The notes beneath the pieces are model-generated. The model was given only the letters and a program-made list of their open reading frames with translations, ran no database searches and was not told the DNA's origin. A stretch of DNA of 64,000 bases from an uncultured Gemmatimonadales bacterium (GTDB lineage: Bacteria; Gemmatimonadota; Gemmatimonadetes; Gemmatimonadales; JACORV01): positions 1,157 to 65,156 of the forward strand of contig CAVQXV010000007.1 in assembly GCA_963718005.1 (NCBI GenBank). Reading direction: 5' to 3'. This document shows positions 52,522 to 63,098 of the stretch, one piece after another; the first letter of the stretch is position 1, and every line of letters begins with the position of its first letter. The translations under genes and the position numbers were made by a program.

Positions 52522-52931
52522 TTCGGCGGCGTCTCCTCTTCGGCCACCAGGCCGACGTCGCGCACGCCGGAGGCGCGGATCACCGCCAGCACGCGGACGA
52601 CGTCGCCGTACGGCACGCCGGTGTCGGCCCGCAGGTAGACCGCGGCCGGCTTGCGGCGCGCCACCAGCCCGCGGAACGTGGCCCGGAAATCCTCGTAGGA
52701 GAACGACGACTGGTCCACGAAGATGCGGCCGCGCCGGTCCACCGACACCACGACGCCCTGTTCCGGCTGCAGCGGGCGCGCCTCCACCCGCGGGAGCTGC
52801 ACCTGCACCCCGCCCTGCATCATCGGCGCCGTGATCATGAAGATGATCAACAGCACGAACGCCACGTCCACCAGCGACGTGACGTTGATGTCCGCGTTGA
52901 ACGCAGCCCGCGCGCGCCGCCGGGCGGCCAC
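52518..52931 (-). CDS. tolR: biopolymer transporter ExbD/TolR
   Basis: ADINVTSLVDVAFVLLIIFMITAP ... VYLRADTGVPYGDVVRVLAVIRASGV. The 137-aa ORF is intact. Confidence 0.85.
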   Translation of the reverse strand: MAARRRARAAFNADINVTSLVDVAFVLLIIFMITAPMMQGGVQVQLPRVEARPLQPEQGVVVSVDRRGRIFVDQSSFSYEDFRATFRGLVARRKPAAVYLRADTGVPYGDVVRVLAVIRASGVRDVGLVAEEETPPK

Positions 52932-53642
52932 CTACAACCGCCCCTCCCGGGCCAGCGTCACGATCAGCTCGCGGGCGAACCCCTCGAGCTCCGCGGCGAC
53001 GAAGTTCTGGCGGGCGGTGAAGATGTTGTACGCGATGACCGACGGGATGGCGACGGCCAGCCCCGCCACCGTCGTGACCAGCGCCTCGGCCACGCCCGGC
53101 GCGACCGCCGAGATGTTGCCCGAGCCGCCCACCGAGATCCCGATGAACGCGTCCATCACGCCGAGCACGGTGCCCAGCAGGCCGATCAGCGGGCTCACCG
53201 AGCCGAAGGTCGCGAGCCACGGGATGTAGCGGCCGAGCTGGTCGTGCTCCGCGTCCACCTGGGTCTCGAGCACCATGCGCAGCGCCTCGAGCTGGGTGGG
53301 CGTCAGCGACCCGCCCTGCCCCGGCGCCTTGGCCAGGCCGCCCGGCAGGATCTCGCCGAAGAACGTGATCCCCTCGGCGAACAGGCGGGTGAACGGCGAG
53401 GGATGGAGCTGCTCCACGGCCTCGCGGGCGTCGACCAGCTTGGTGGCGTGCTCGGTGGCGTCGAAGAAGTCGTCGGACGCGCGGCGGATGCGACGGAACT
53501 GCCACAGCTTGGCGAAGATCAGGAACCACGACACCGCCGAGAACACCACCAGCACGCCGAGCACGATCTTGGTGGCGAAGCTCGAAACGGCGATCAGCTC
53601 CAGCTCGGTGGTGGGAACGGCGCCGCCGACCTGCATCAGCAT
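52932..53642 (-). CDS. tolQ: MotA/TolQ/ExbB proton-channel protein
   Basis: The ATG at 53642 gives MLMQVGGAV ... KIVLGVLVVFSAVSWFLIFAKLWQF ... LATFGSVSPLIGLLGTVLGVMDAF ... VAEALVTTVAGLAVAIPSVIAYN. Confidence 0.85.
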   Translation of the reverse strand: MLMQVGGAVPTTELELIAVSSFATKIVLGVLVVFSAVSWFLIFAKLWQFRRIRRASDDFFDATEHATKLVDAREAVEQLHPSPFTRLFAEGITFFGEILPGGLAKAPGQGGSLTPTQLEALRMVLETQVDAEHDQLGRYIPWLATFGSVSPLIGLLGTVLGVMDAFIGISVGGSGNISAVAPGVAEALVTTVAGLAVAIPSVIAYNIFTARQNFVAAELEGFARELIVTLAREGRL

Positions 53643-54593
53643 CACGCGGCGTCCCCGCGGATCCACTCGTAGGTGCGGCGCAGCCCCTCGGCCATCGGCC
53701 ACCTGCGGCTTCCAGCCCAGCACGCGCTCGGCCTTGGCGGTCGTGAGCGCGTTGGCCTTGAGCTCGCCGGTCCGCGCCTCGGCATGGTCCACGCGCACGT
53801 CGGCGCCCGCCGCGGCGATCATCGCGTGCGCCAGCGCCGTCACCGACGTCTCCACGCCGGTGCCGATGTTGAAGGCGCGCGCGTCCACCGTGCCGTCCGG
53901 ATCGGGCAGCTTGGCGTCCGCGGCGAGCACGTTGGCGCGCGCCACGTCGGCCACGTACACGTAGTCGCGCGTCTGGCTCCCGTCGCCGTAGATGGTGAGC
54001 GCCTTGCCGGTGCGGATGCGGTTGCCGAAGATCGCCACCACGCCGGCCTCGCCGTGCGGGTCCTGGCGCGGCCCGTACACGTTGCTGTAGCGCAGCGCGA
54101 CCGCCTCGATGCCGTACAGCTGGCCGTACGCGATGAGGTAGTACTCCGCCGCCAGCTTGCTCACGCCGTAGGGCGAGACGGGCAGCTTGGCCGTGGTTTC
54201 GACGTGCGGCGGCTTGCGCTCGCCGTACACCACGCCGCCGGAGGAGGAGAACACGATGCGCCGCGTCCCGCCCACCCGCGCGCCCTCGAGCAGGTTGAGG
54301 AGCGCGAGCAGGTTCTCTTCGGCGTCGAAGATCGGATCGGAGACCGAGACGCGCACGTCCACCTGGGCGGCGAGGTGGGTGATCACCTCGAAGCCGCCGC
54401 CCGCGACCAGCGCCCGCGCCTCTTCGGAGCCCACGTCCAGCTGCTTGAATTCCGCGCCCTTGGGCACGTTCTGCGGCCGGCCGTGGGACAGGTTGTCGAT
54501 GATGGTGACGTCACAGCCGGCGGCGAGGTACGCGTCGGCGACGTGGGAACCGATGAATCCCGCTCCCCCGGTGACGAGAACGCGACGTCTCAT
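53642..54593 (-). CDS. NAD-dependent epimerase/dehydratase (GalE-like), one frameshift near 53695
   Basis: MRRRVLVTGGAGFIGSHVADAYL ... SSSGGVVYG ... SPYGVSKLAAEYY (YxxxK). The true C-terminus, MAEGLRRTYEWIRGDAA, with a stop at 53642-53644, appears after a 1-nt shift. Without that shift the ORF falsely reads through into tolQ. Confidence 0.8.
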
Positions 54594-54645
54594 GCCCTGC
54601 TCGACCTCGTGGAAAAGCTAGGCCGGCGACGGCCGGCGGAAAGAC

Positions 54646-54669
54646 GAACCCGCCTGCAGCGGCGGGTTC
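54646..54669 (-). terminator. intrinsic terminator after the LysM gene
   Basis: The minus strand reads GAACCCGCC-GCTGCA-GGCGGGTTC followed by GTCTTTCC, directly after the stop at 54675. Confidence 0.55.
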
Positions 54670-54674
54670 GGCCG

Positions 54675-55994
54675 TCACGAAGGCATCCGGCGAATCTGGC
54701 GCACGGCGGAGCCGGGCCGGATGTCCGGCCGGTCCAGCTGGACGATCAAGGCCGTCGCCGTATGCTCCCTCGCGTACACGATGATGACCTGCCCCTGTTC
54801 CTGCACCACGGTCCCGATGCCCGACGCGGCGACGGTGGTCCGGCTCACCTCGAAGATGTCCCCGAGGTGCACGCCGTCGGACAGCCCCTTGTCGATGAAC
54901 AGCACGTCCTGGTCGTTGACCACTTCGCGCGGCTGGCGAAGATCGATCACCTGCCCCAGCACGCCGCTGCCTTCCGGCACGTCCGCCGGCCGCACGCCCT
55001 GCGACGACTTGTACGGCGGCACCCGCATGACGCCCTGGCCGCCGTCGATGGTCTGATACACCTGGAGGACCTGCGCCATCGCGTTGTCGCTCGGCGAGCC
55101 GGCGCTGGTCACCTTCAGCAGACCGGTGGGCCGCACCACGGACCCGTAGTTCGGAATCACCCGCGGCATGTCGTAGGACAGCAGCAGGTCGCCCACCTTG
55201 AGCGTGTCGCCCGGGATCTGCGTCACGACCACCGTGCCGTACACCATGGCGGTGGTGGTGGTGGTGAGCCGGCTGATGGACGATGTGGCCGAGTTCCCGA
55301 GCAGCGTGCCCGAGACCAGCTGCTCACCCGGCTCGAGCAGGAAGCCGGCGGAGTAGTACTCGCCCGCCCGCACCGCCCGGTAGGCCCGCAGCTCGCGCAG
55401 CTGGAGCGTGCCCGCGGAAATGCGGGCGCGGCCCTGGGTCGCGAAGATCGTCGAGCCGGTGGCCGGGTTCGCCACCTGCGCCTCGGGCGCCCGCAGGGTG
55501 TCGGTGTCGGCGGCCGTCGGCGCCACCGTGATGTCGCCCGGGGCCGCTGCCGCCGGGGTAGACGCCGCGGCCGGCGCCGCCGGCGCGGTCGCGGACGCCG
55601 CCGCGGACGTATCCGACGCCGACCCCGCGGCCGCCCCCGCCCCCGCGTTCGCCGCGGACGCGCTCTGGGCGGTCGGGATCAGGTGCAGCTCCTCACCGGG
55701 GAAGATCCAATGCGGATCCTCGACGATGGTGGTATTGAGCCGGTAGATCTCCGGCCACAGGAGCGGGTCGCCGAGGAACTGCTGCGCGAGTCCCCACAGG
55801 GTCTCGCCGGCCACGACCACGTGGGTCGCGGGCGGCGGCCCGGAAGGCTGCGCCGGCTGCACCGCGGCCGCCGGCTGCGCCGGAGGTTGCTGCGCCGCCG
55901 CTCCCGAGGCCTGAACGAGCAGACCCGCCAGGGCCAGCCCGGCGGCGATCGCGAACGTTCCGAGCCTAGAAGGGAAGATCGTCGTCCTCTTCAT
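54675..55994 (-). CDS. LysM peptidoglycan-binding domain protein
   Basis: The ATG at 55994 gives MKRTTIFPSRLGTFAIAAGLALAGLLVQASG (signal peptide). A LysM domain follows (HVVVAGETLWGLAQQFLGDPLLWPEIYRLNTTIVEDPHWIFPGEELHLI). The rest is a long Ala/Ser-rich linker and a beta-rich C-terminal part. Confidence 0.7.
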   Translation of the reverse strand: MKRTTIFPSRLGTFAIAAGLALAGLLVQASGAAAQQPPAQPAAAVQPAQPSGPPPATHVVVAGETLWGLAQQFLGDPLLWPEIYRLNTTIVEDPHWIFPGEELHLIPTAQSASAANAGAGAAAGSASDTSAAASATAPAAPAAASTPAAAAPGDITVAPTAADTDTLRAPEAQVANPATGSTIFATQGRARISAGTLQLRELRAYRAVRAGEYYSAGFLLEPGEQLVSGTLLGNSATSSISRLTTTTTAMVYGTVVVTQIPGDTLKVGDLLLSYDMPRVIPNYGSVVRPTGLLKVTSAGSPSDNAMAQVLQVYQTIDGGQGVMRVPPYKSSQGVRPADVPEGSGVLGQVIDLRQPREVVNDQDVLFIDKGLSDGVHLGDIFEVSRTTVAASGIGTVVQEQGQVIIVYAREHTATALIVQLDRPDIRPGSAVRQIRRMPS

Positions 55995-56487
55995 CGAGCG
56001 CCTCCGGGAAGTCCTCGAACGATTCTTCCTTGCCTTGCGCTCCGCCAGCCGCCTTCTCCGCATCGGGTGCTGCGGGAGCCCCCTTGGCGGACGAGACGGC
56101 CGACCGCCGGCCCTCGCCTCCGCCACCGGCCCCGCCGTCGCCGCGTCCCGACAGCATCACCAGATCGCGAACGTTCACTTCGGTCGAGTAGCGCTTCTGC
56201 CCCTCTTTGTCCTGCCAGGTGCGGTACTCGATCCGGCCCTCTACATAGACCCGATCACCCTTCTTGAGGTACTTCTCGACCACGTCCGCCAGGCCGCTGC
56301 CCTTGGCGTTCCACACCACGCACCGGTGCCACTCCGTCTTCTCCTGCTTCTCGCCGGCCTGCGTGGTCCATTGACGGCTCGTCGCGAGCGACAGGGTCGC
56401 CACCCGCGAGCCGTTGCTGGTGCTCCGAACCTCGGGGTCGGCCCCGAGATTCCCGATCAGCATCACCTTGTTGAGACTGCGACTCAC
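55966..56487 (-). CDS. ssb: single-stranded DNA-binding protein
   Basis: The GTG at 56487 gives SRSLNKVMLIGNLGADPEVRSTSNGSRVATLSLATS ... TEWHRCVVW. A Gly-rich tail follows and ends with the acidic tip EDDDLPF. Confidence 0.92.
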   Translation of the reverse strand: MSRSLNKVMLIGNLGADPEVRSTSNGSRVATLSLATSRQWTTQAGEKQEKTEWHRCVVWNAKGSGLADVVEKYLKKGDRVYVEGRIEYRTWQDKEGQKRYSTEVNVRDLVMLSGRGDGGAGGGGEGRRSAVSSAKGAPAAPDAEKAAGGAQGKEESFEDFPEALDEEDDDLPF

Positions 56488-56534
56488 CGGACGACCCTCC
56501 TCGCGGCAGGATCGGGTATCACGGACAGGCCGGA

Positions 56535-56563
56535 ACTATAGGCGCCACAACGGGTTTTGTCAA
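56535..56563 (-). promoter_or_regulatory. near-consensus sigma70 promoter for ssb
   Basis: The minus strand reads TTGACA (56563-56558), a 17-nt spacer, then TATAGT (56540-56535). A GAGGAGGG Shine-Dalgarno lies about 8 nt before the GTG start. Confidence 0.55.
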
Positions 56564-56581
56564 CCGAAAGCACCTGTTACA

Positions 56582-57178
56582 TCATCCTTTCTCGGCGTCA
56601 ATCTCGACCAGACGCAGGGCCATGGTGAGGGCGTTTTCGGTCGGATTCCGGTAGTAGGCGCGCCGCGTGGACATGGAGCGGAAGCCGGCCTCCTGATACA
56701 TGCGCAGCGCATCGGCATTCGACGGCCGCACCTCGAGAAAGACGGAGGCCACCCCTTCGCGCCGGAACATGGCGAGCATCGCGTCGAGCAGACGGTGACC
56801 CAGGCCGCGCCGGCGCGCCTCGGGATCCACGGCCAGGTTCAGGATCTCGCCTTCGTCCGCGACGACCGAGGCCAGCGCGTAGCCGGCGAGGCGGCCGTCC
56901 GCGCCGTCCACCGCGAACGCCCGCACGTGCGGCTCCGCGAGCAGCTCCAGGAACGCCCGCCGGGACCACGGGTCGGAAAAAGCGACGCGCTCGATCGCGA
57001 CGACGCGGTCGAGATCGGCGGTGGCGAGCGGCCTAGCGCTCGGCGGCGCGACGGCGCACCTCCGCCTCGGCCAGGCGGCCGTACGACGGCTCCCAGCCGT
57101 CGGGCGCCTCGACCCTCGACAGCGCCCCGGCGAGGCCGTGCAGGCGCAGCAAGGCTCCGGCCGAGGCGCGACCGGCAT
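56582..57178 (-). CDS. rimI: ribosomal-protein-alanine N-acetyltransferase RimI (N-terminal boundary uncertain)
   Basis: ADLDRVVAIERVAFSDPWSRRAFLELL ... ILNLAVDPEARRRGLGHRLLDAML ... VFLEVRPSNADALRMYQEAGF. The only in-frame start codon is the ATG at 57178, which overlaps tsaB by 146 nt. The true start is probably near 57050 and masked by an indel. Confidence 0.7.
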   Translation of the reverse strand: MPVAPRPEPCCACTASPGRCRGSRRPTAGSRRTAAWPRRRCAVAPPSARPLATADLDRVVAIERVAFSDPWSRRAFLELLAEPHVRAFAVDGADGRLAGYALASVVADEGEILNLAVDPEARRRGLGHRLLDAMLAMFRREGVASVFLEVRPSNADALRMYQEAGFRSMSTRRAYYRNPTENALTMALRLVEIDAEKG

Positions 57179-57692
57179 CGGCCCTGATCAGCCCCGCGTG
57201 AACCGGCGGCGGCGTGTCGCGCGGGACGAGCGCCGGCGCTTGCAGCACCGCGACCGCGCCTGCCACGGCAGTGCCGGCGCTTTCGGCCGGCCCGAAGCGG
57301 TACACGGCGCGGTACACGTCGCCGCGCAGCGCATCGTATTCCACCAGGACCGTGCCGAGGCCGCCGGCCGCGGCGAAGGCGGCATCCAGCATCGAGGGCG
57401 CCGCGAGCAGCGGCAGGGCGCGCGCCCGACACAGGCCCTTGGCGAACGCGATGCCGATCCTGAGCCCGGTGAAGGAGCCCGGCCCGTCGGCCACGACGAC
57501 GCCGGCGAGGTCGCCGACGCCGACGCCCCGCCGCGCGAGCAGCGCTTGGGTGGCGTGCCCGATGTCGCGGGAGAGGTCGCGGCGCGAGGCGATGCGGCAA
57601 TCGTCGCCGGGCGCGTCCGGCGTCCCCAGGGCGAGCGAGGGGAGGTCGGTGGCGGTGTCGAGGGCGAGGTACCAGCGCGCCGGCCCCATCAT
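57033..57692 (-). CDS. tsaB: tRNA t6A37 biosynthesis protein TsaB
   Basis: The ATG at 57692 gives [16 protein letters not shown] ... LAGVVVADGPGSFTGLRIGIAFAKGL. Confidence 0.8.
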   Translation of the reverse strand: MMGPARWYLALDTATDLPSLALGTPDAPGDDCRIASRRDLSRDIGHATQALLARRGVGVGDLAGVVVADGPGSFTGLRIGIAFAKGLCRARALPLLAAPSMLDAAFAAAGGLGTVLVEYDALRGDVYRAVYRFGPAESAGTAVAGAVAVLQAPALVPRDTPPPVHAGLIRADAGRASAGALLRLHGLAGALSRVEAPDGWEPSYGRLAEAEVRRRAAER

Positions 57693-58144
57693 GCGATCTC
57701 CAGCCGCCGCATGAGCGGATCGGCGTCGTACGCCAGCGTGATGGCGTGGGTCGCGCGGGGCATCGCCGGCCCCAGCCGCTCCGGCCACTCGATCAGCACC
57801 ACGCTGTCCGGTTCCGCCAGCATGTCGTCGAGCCCCAGGTCCGCGGCGTCGGCGGCGCGGCGCAGCCGGTAGGCGTCCAGGTGGTAGATGGTGCACGCCG
57901 CGGCGGTGTAGCGATGCACCAGCGCGAAGGTCGGGCTGGTGACGGGTTCGGTGACGCCGAGGGCGCGGGCGATGGCCCGCACCAGGGTGGTCTTGCCGGC
58001 GCCGAGCTCGCCGCCGATGGCCACCACCACGGGCGGCGGCGGGTGGAGGCCGCGCGCGAACTCGGCGCCGAAGCGCCCGAGTCCCGCCTCATCGACGAGC
58101 CGGCCGCCCACGCCTTCGTCCCGTGCCCGCCGAGCCGGGCGCAT
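57689..58144 (-). CDS. tsaE: tRNA t6A37 biosynthesis ATPase TsaE
   Basis: [26 protein letters not shown] ... [12 protein letters not shown] ... IYHLDAYRL ... VLIEWPE. The start could be the ATG at 58144 or the GTG at 58192. Confidence 0.8.
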   Translation of the reverse strand: MRPARRARDEGVGGRLVDEAGLGRFGAEFARGLHPPPPVVVAIGGELGAGKTTLVRAIARALGVTEPVTSPTFALVHRYTAAACTIYHLDAYRLRRAADAADLGLDDMLAEPDSVVLIEWPERLGPAMPRATHAITLAYDADPLMRRLEIA

Positions 58145-60194
58145 CGGTGCGGCCGGACGGCTGCGCGTCGGTGCGCCCGTGCGTCTGTCCACTGGCCTTG
58201 AGGTCCATGATCTGGTCGCGGATCTGCGCCGCCAGCTCGAAGTCCAGGTCGTCGGCCGCGCGGCGCATCTCGTCCTCGAGCTGCTTGAGGAGCGCCTCGC
58301 GCTCGGCGGCGTCGAGGCTGGTCCAGTCGGCGGCGGCCTTGCCCGCCAGCGACAGCGCCTCCGGGCGCGGCACCGGGTCCTCGCGCGCGTCGGCCACGCG
58401 GGTGGTGAAGCGGATCTCGTCCACCGACTTCACGATCGAGCGCGGCGTGATGCCGTGATCGAGGTTGTAGCGCCGCTGGGTCGTGCGGCGGCGCTCCATC
58501 TCCTCGAGCGCGGCCTTCATCGAGTCGGTGACCCGGTCCGCGTACATGATGGCGCGCCCCTCGAGGTGCCTGGCGGCGCGGCCCACCGTCTGGATCAGGG
58601 AGGTGCGCGAGCGGAGGAAGCCCTCCTGGTCGGCGTCGAGGATGGCGACCAGCGAGACCTCCGGCAGGTCCAGCCCCTCCCGCAGCAGGTTGATGCCCAC
58701 CAGCACGTCGAACTCGCCGAGCCGCAAGCCGCGGACGATGTCCATGCGCTCGATGGCGTCGATGTCCGAGTGCATGTAGCGGACGCGCACGCCCACCTGC
58801 GCCAGGTAGTCGGTGAGGTCCTCCGCCATCCGCTTGGTGAGCGTGGTGACCAGCACCCGCTCGCCGCGCCGCTCCCGCACCCGGATCTCCTTCAGCAGGT
58901 CGTCCACCTGCCCCGTCACCTTGCGGATCTCGACCTCGGGGTCCACCAGGCCGGTGGGCCGCACCAGCTGCTCGACGACCGCGCCGCCGGTCAGGCGCAG
59001 CTCCTCCGGACCCGGCGTGGCCGAGAGGAACAGCACGCGCGGCGCCAGGGCGAGGAACTCGTCGTAGCGCAGCGGCCGGTTGTCGAGCGCGCTGGGCAGG
59101 CGGAAGCCGTACTCGACCAGCGTCTCCTTGCGCGAGCGGTCGCCGGCGTACATCGCGCCCACCTGCGGCACGGTGACGTGCGACTCGTCCACGATCACCA
59201 GGAAGTCCTTGGGGAAGAAGTCCATCAGGCACGCGGGGCGCTCGCCGGCGGCGCGCCCCGAGATGTGCCGGCTGTAGTTCTCGATGCCGTGGCAGGTGCC
59301 CACCTCCATCATCATCTCGATGTCGAACCGGGTGCGCGATTCCAGGCGCTGCGCCTCGAGCAGCTTGCCGGCGGTCTTGAGCACGCCCAACCGCTCCGCC
59401 AGCTCCTCGCGGATCAGCCCCACCGCGCGCACCAGGTTCTCGCGGTCCGTGACGAAGTGCGTGGCCGGGTAGATGGCGCAGCGCGCCAGCTCGGCGACGG
59501 TCTTTCCGGTCAGGGGATGGATCTTCACGATGCGCTCGATCGTGTCGCCGGCCAGCTCGACGCGCACCGCCTGCTCCTCGTAGGCCGGGTAGATCTCCAC
59601 CACGTCGCCGCGCACCCGGAAGTTGCCGGGCTCGAACGCCACGTCGTTGCGCTGGTACTGGATGGCCACCAGCCGCTCCAGGATGGGGCGGCGGCCCACC
59701 ACGTCGCCGCGGGCCAGGCGCAGCATCTGCTCCTTGTACTCGACCGGGTCGCCGAGGCCGTAGATGGCCGACACCGTCGCCACCGCCACCACGTCGTCGC
59801 GCTCCACCAGGCTCGAGGTGGCCCGCAGGCGCAGCCGCTCGATGTCCTGGTTGATGGACGCGTCCTTCTCGATGTAGGTGTCGGTCTGCGGGACGTACGC
59901 CTCGGGCTGGTAGTAGTCGTAGTAGGAGATGAAGTACTCGACCGCGTCGGCCGGGAAGAAGGACTTGAGCTCCCCGTAGAGCTGCGCCGCGAGGGTCTTG
60001 TTGTGCGAGAGGACCAGCGCGGGCACGCCCAGGCGCTGGACGGTGTGGGCCATCGTCATCGTCTTGCCGGAGCCGGTGACGCCCAGCAGCACCTGGTAGC
60101 GCTCGCCGGACGTGAAGGCGCGGACCAGCGCCTCGATGGCCTGCGGCTGGTCGCCCGCCGGCTCGAACGGCGACTCGAGCCGGAAGACCGTCAC
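58089..60194 (-). CDS. uvrB: excinuclease ABC subunit B
   Basis: The GTG at 60194 overlaps the relA stop (GTGA). The protein reads [21 protein letters not shown] ... [14 protein letters not shown] ... [16 protein letters not shown] ... [11 protein letters not shown] ... [30 protein letters not shown], with a C-terminal UVR domain ([14 protein letters not shown]). It is intact at 701 aa. Confidence 0.95.
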   Translation of the reverse strand: MTVFRLESPFEPAGDQPQAIEALVRAFTSGERYQVLLGVTGSGKTMTMAHTVQRLGVPALVLSHNKTLAAQLYGELKSFFPADAVEYFISYYDYYQPEAYVPQTDTYIEKDASINQDIERLRLRATSSLVERDDVVAVATVSAIYGLGDPVEYKEQMLRLARGDVVGRRPILERLVAIQYQRNDVAFEPGNFRVRGDVVEIYPAYEEQAVRVELAGDTIERIVKIHPLTGKTVAELARCAIYPATHFVTDRENLVRAVGLIREELAERLGVLKTAGKLLEAQRLESRTRFDIEMMMEVGTCHGIENYSRHISGRAAGERPACLMDFFPKDFLVIVDESHVTVPQVGAMYAGDRSRKETLVEYGFRLPSALDNRPLRYDEFLALAPRVLFLSATPGPEELRLTGGAVVEQLVRPTGLVDPEVEIRKVTGQVDDLLKEIRVRERRGERVLVTTLTKRMAEDLTDYLAQVGVRVRYMHSDIDAIERMDIVRGLRLGEFDVLVGINLLREGLDLPEVSLVAILDADQEGFLRSRTSLIQTVGRAARHLEGRAIMYADRVTDSMKAALEEMERRRTTQRRYNLDHGITPRSIVKSVDEIRFTTRVADAREDPVPRPEALSLAGKAAADWTSLDAAEREALLKQLEDEMRRAADDLDFELAAQIRDQIMDLKASGQTHGRTDAQPSGRTDAPGSAGTGRRRGRPARR

Positions 60195-62356
60195 GCGATC
60201 AGGCGCTCGCGGCGCCGCACGTCGCTCACGCCTTTCACCTTCCGGACGGCCTTCATGACCTTGGTGAGGTGCGACAGGTTCTCCACTTCCACGATCACCT
60301 GCCCCGTCATCCCCAGCTCGCCGCTGGTGAGCTCGCAGCTCTTGATGTTGGTCCCCACGCCCGAGATGGCCGTGCAGATGTCGCCGTACAGGCCGCGCCG
60401 GTCGTCCCCCTGCAGGTCGAGGCGCACCGCGAACACTTCGCCCTCGATCTCGCGCCAGTCGAGGTCCATCCGCCGCTCGGGCTCGTTGTCGAGGGCCAGC
60501 AGGTTCGGGCAGTCCACGCGGTGGATCGAGATGCCGCGGCCGCGGGTCACGTACCCCGTGACCGCGTCGCCCGGCACCGGCTGGCAGCACTGCGAGTAGC
60601 GCACCATCAGGCCGTCCACGCCCTGGATCCGGATGCCCTTGCCCACCCGGATGCGCTGCACCAGGCGGCCCAGGGCGCCCGGCTTGGGGGGCGGGGCCTC
60701 GCTCCTCGGTCAGCTCCGGGTACAGGGCCTTGAGGATCTGCACCACCGAGCGGTCGCCCCGGCCCAGCGCGGCCTTGAGGTGCGCCTCGTCGGGCAGCGC
60801 GAGCGACTCGGCCGCGTGCTGCAGCGCGTCGTCGTCGGGCTTGGGGAGGTGGCGGCGCTTGACCTCGCGGTCGAGCATCTCCTCGCCGAGGGCGAGCGAG
60901 CTGTCCTGCTCCTCCTGCTTCACCCACTGCCGCAGCTTCTGCCGCGCGCGGCCGGTGCGCACGTGCGCCAGCCAGTCGCGCGAGGGCCGCGCGTTGGGCG
61001 AGGTCAGGACCTCGACGGTGTCGCCGTTCTTGAGGGCGCGGTGCAGCGGCGCGATCCGGCCGTTGATCTTGGCGCCCTGGCAGCGCAGGCCCACCTCGGT
61101 GTGCACGGCGAAGGCGAAGTCGATCGGCGTCGCGCCCTTGGGCAGCTGCTTCACGTCGCCCTGGGGCGTGAAGACGAAGATCTCGTCCTGGTACAGGTCG
61201 ATGCGCAGGAACTCGATGAACTCGTCGGGCGTCACCGCCTCCTGCTGGTGGTCCAGCAGCTGGCGGAACCAGGTCAGGTGGCGGTCGAGATCGTCGCGGG
61301 AACGCCCTTCCTTGTACAGCCAGTGCGCCGCGATGCCGTACTCGGCCGTGTGGTGCATCTCGCGGGTGCGGATCTGGATCTCGTACAGCTGGCCGCTGGG
61401 GCCGAACACCGTGGTGTGCAGCGACTGGTAGCCGTTGGACTTGGGCTGGGCGATGTGGTCCTTGATGCGCTCCTGCAGCGGGGTCCAGCGCGAGTGGATC
61501 ACGCCCAGCGCGTGATAGCAGTCGGGCACCGTGTTGACCAGCACCCGGATCGCCATCAGGTCGTAGATCTCCTCGTAGGGCAGGTCGCGCCGCAGGATCT
61601 TGCGGTGGATGGACCAGAGGTTCTTGGGCCGCCCGGTGACCTCGACGTCGGCGACGCCCGCGTGCTCCAGCTCCCGCTTCAACGGCTCGCGCATCCGCTC
61701 GATCAGCTCTTCCCGCTCCGCCTGCTGCGACGCGACCTTCTTGGCGAGGGCGCGGTACTCGTCCGGCTCCAGGAAGCGGAACGCGAGGTCTTCCAGCTCG
61801 GCCTTGATCCCGGCCATGCCGAAGCGATGGGCGAGCGGCGCGTAGATCTCGCGCGTCTCGAGCGCGATGCGGTGCTGCTTCTCCTCCGGCAGGTGCTCGA
61901 GGGTGCGCATGTTGTGCAGCCGGTCGGCCAGCTTGATGATCACGACCCGCGCGTCCTTGGCGACCGAGAGGAGCAGCTTGCGGTAGTTCTCGGCCTGCTC
62001 CTCGGCGGTGGAGCGGAAGGTGAGGCTGGAGATCTTGGTGAGGCCGTCCACGATGCCCGCCACCTCGGGGCCGAACTCCCGCTCCAGGTCGGCGCACGCC
62101 GACGTCGCTGTCCTCGACGACGTCGTGCAGCAGGCCGCACGCGGCCGAGGTGGAGTCCATGTGCGCTTCGATCAGGATGCGCGCGACGGCGACGCCGTGC
62201 GTGACCGCGTCGGCGCCCGACCAGCGCTTCTGGCCCGCGGTGCGCGGTGGCGCTGAACTGGTAGGCGCGGCCCAGCAGATCCAGGTCGAGCCGGTCGGCG
62301 TACGCCTCCAGCACGTCCGCGAGGCCCGGGATGGCGGGAATCGGCAGGACGGTCAC
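60191..62356 (-). CDS. relA: bifunctional (p)ppGpp synthetase/hydrolase RelA/SpoT homologue, at least three frameshifts
   Basis: Four frames contribute. The N-terminus is [41 protein letters not shown]. The HD domain pieces are [10 protein letters not shown] ... [10 protein letters not shown] and [14 protein letters not shown]. The synthetase domain reads [13 protein letters not shown] ... DLMAIRVLV ... [10 protein letters not shown] ... [10 protein letters not shown]. The TGS domain reads [31 protein letters not shown]. The ACT domain lies in ORF 60191-60661. Confidence 0.9.
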
Positions 62357-63036
62357 AGCAGGCCGGCTTCGGCGAAGCTCAGGTAGCGGTTGGCTCCCAC
62401 CACGACGTGATCATACACCGGAAGGTCCAGGACGCGGCCGGCCTCGACCAGCTGGCGGGTCACGGCGCGGTCGTCCGCCGACGGGGTCGGGTCGCCCGAG
62501 GGGTGGTTGTGGACCACGATGATCCCCGCGGCCGCCTCGGCGATGGCCCCACGGAACACCTCGCGCGGATGCACCAGCGACGAGTTCAAGATCCCCCGGG
62601 TGACGAGCAGGTCGCGCAGCACACCGCTCTGGCTGTCCAGCGCGAGCACGTGAAACTCCTCGGCCGCGAGGTCCGCGAGGCGCGGCGCGAACCAGCGGTA
62701 CACGTCGGCCGGCGAGCGGATGCGGGTCCGCTCGGGGCGGCCCTCCTCGAGCAGCCGCCGGCCCAGCTCCAGGCCCGCCGCGATGCGCGCGGCCTTGGCG
62801 GGCCCGACCCCCGGCGCCGCCGCCAGCTCGGCCGCGGTGCGCCGCGCCAGCCGGGCGAGGTCCACCTCCGGCCGCCAGCAGCGCGGCCGCCACGTCCGGG
62901 CGCCGACCTGCCGCTCGTGCCGGTACCGATGAGAATCGCCAGGAGCTCGGTCGTCGTCAACGCGGACGGGCCGAGCTGCGAACAGGCGCTCGCGGGGGCG
63001 GTCGGCCGCCGGCGTCTCGGAGATCCGGAATGTCAT
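62353..63036 (-). CDS. radC: RadC-like JAB-domain protein, frameshifts near 62870-62960
   Basis: The ATG at 63036 gives MTFRISETPAADRPRERL. TTTELLAILIGTGTSGRSA lies in a second frame. The main frame then reads AELAAAPGVGPAKAARIAAGLELGRRL ... EEFHVLALDSQ ... VHPREVFRGAI ... GIIVVHNHPSGDPTPSADD. The stop overlaps the relA GTG start. Confidence 0.8.
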   Translation of the reverse strand: MTFRISETPAADRPRERLFAARPVRVDDDRAPGDSHRYRHERQVGARTWRPRCWRPEVDLARLARRTAAELAAAPGVGPAKAARIAAGLELGRRLLEEGRPERTRIRSPADVYRWFAPRLADLAAEEFHVLALDSQSGVLRDLLVTRGILNSSLVHPREVFRGAIAEAAAGIIVVHNHPSGDPTPSADDRAVTRQLVEAGRVLDLPVYDHVVVGANRYLSFAEAGLL

Positions 63037-63098
63037 GGACGGAAGGTGCGCCCGATGACGTCGAGGACCGGGGCGAAATTGGGTTCGCCCGGTGCGAT

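Noticed and set aside
52932-54593. A 553-aa ORF fusing the epimerase to TolQ. Similar apparent fusions occur at 27351-28658 (AccC C-terminus plus ComB) and 5000-5647 (acetyltransferase plus the DegT start).
   Set aside because: In each case a 1-nt shift restores a normal C-terminus and stop codon for the upstream gene (for example MAEGLRRTYEWIRGDAA-stop at 53642). The downstream gene also has its own start overlapping that stop.
58089-62063. A 1324-aa ORF that looks like a RelA-UvrB fusion protein.
   Set aside because: The relA C-terminal ACT domain and its stop (60191) lie in a different frame (ORF 60191-60661). The segment joining the two halves in the long ORF is Arg/Gly/Pro shadow sequence. 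uvrB has its own GTG at 60194, overlapping the relA stop.
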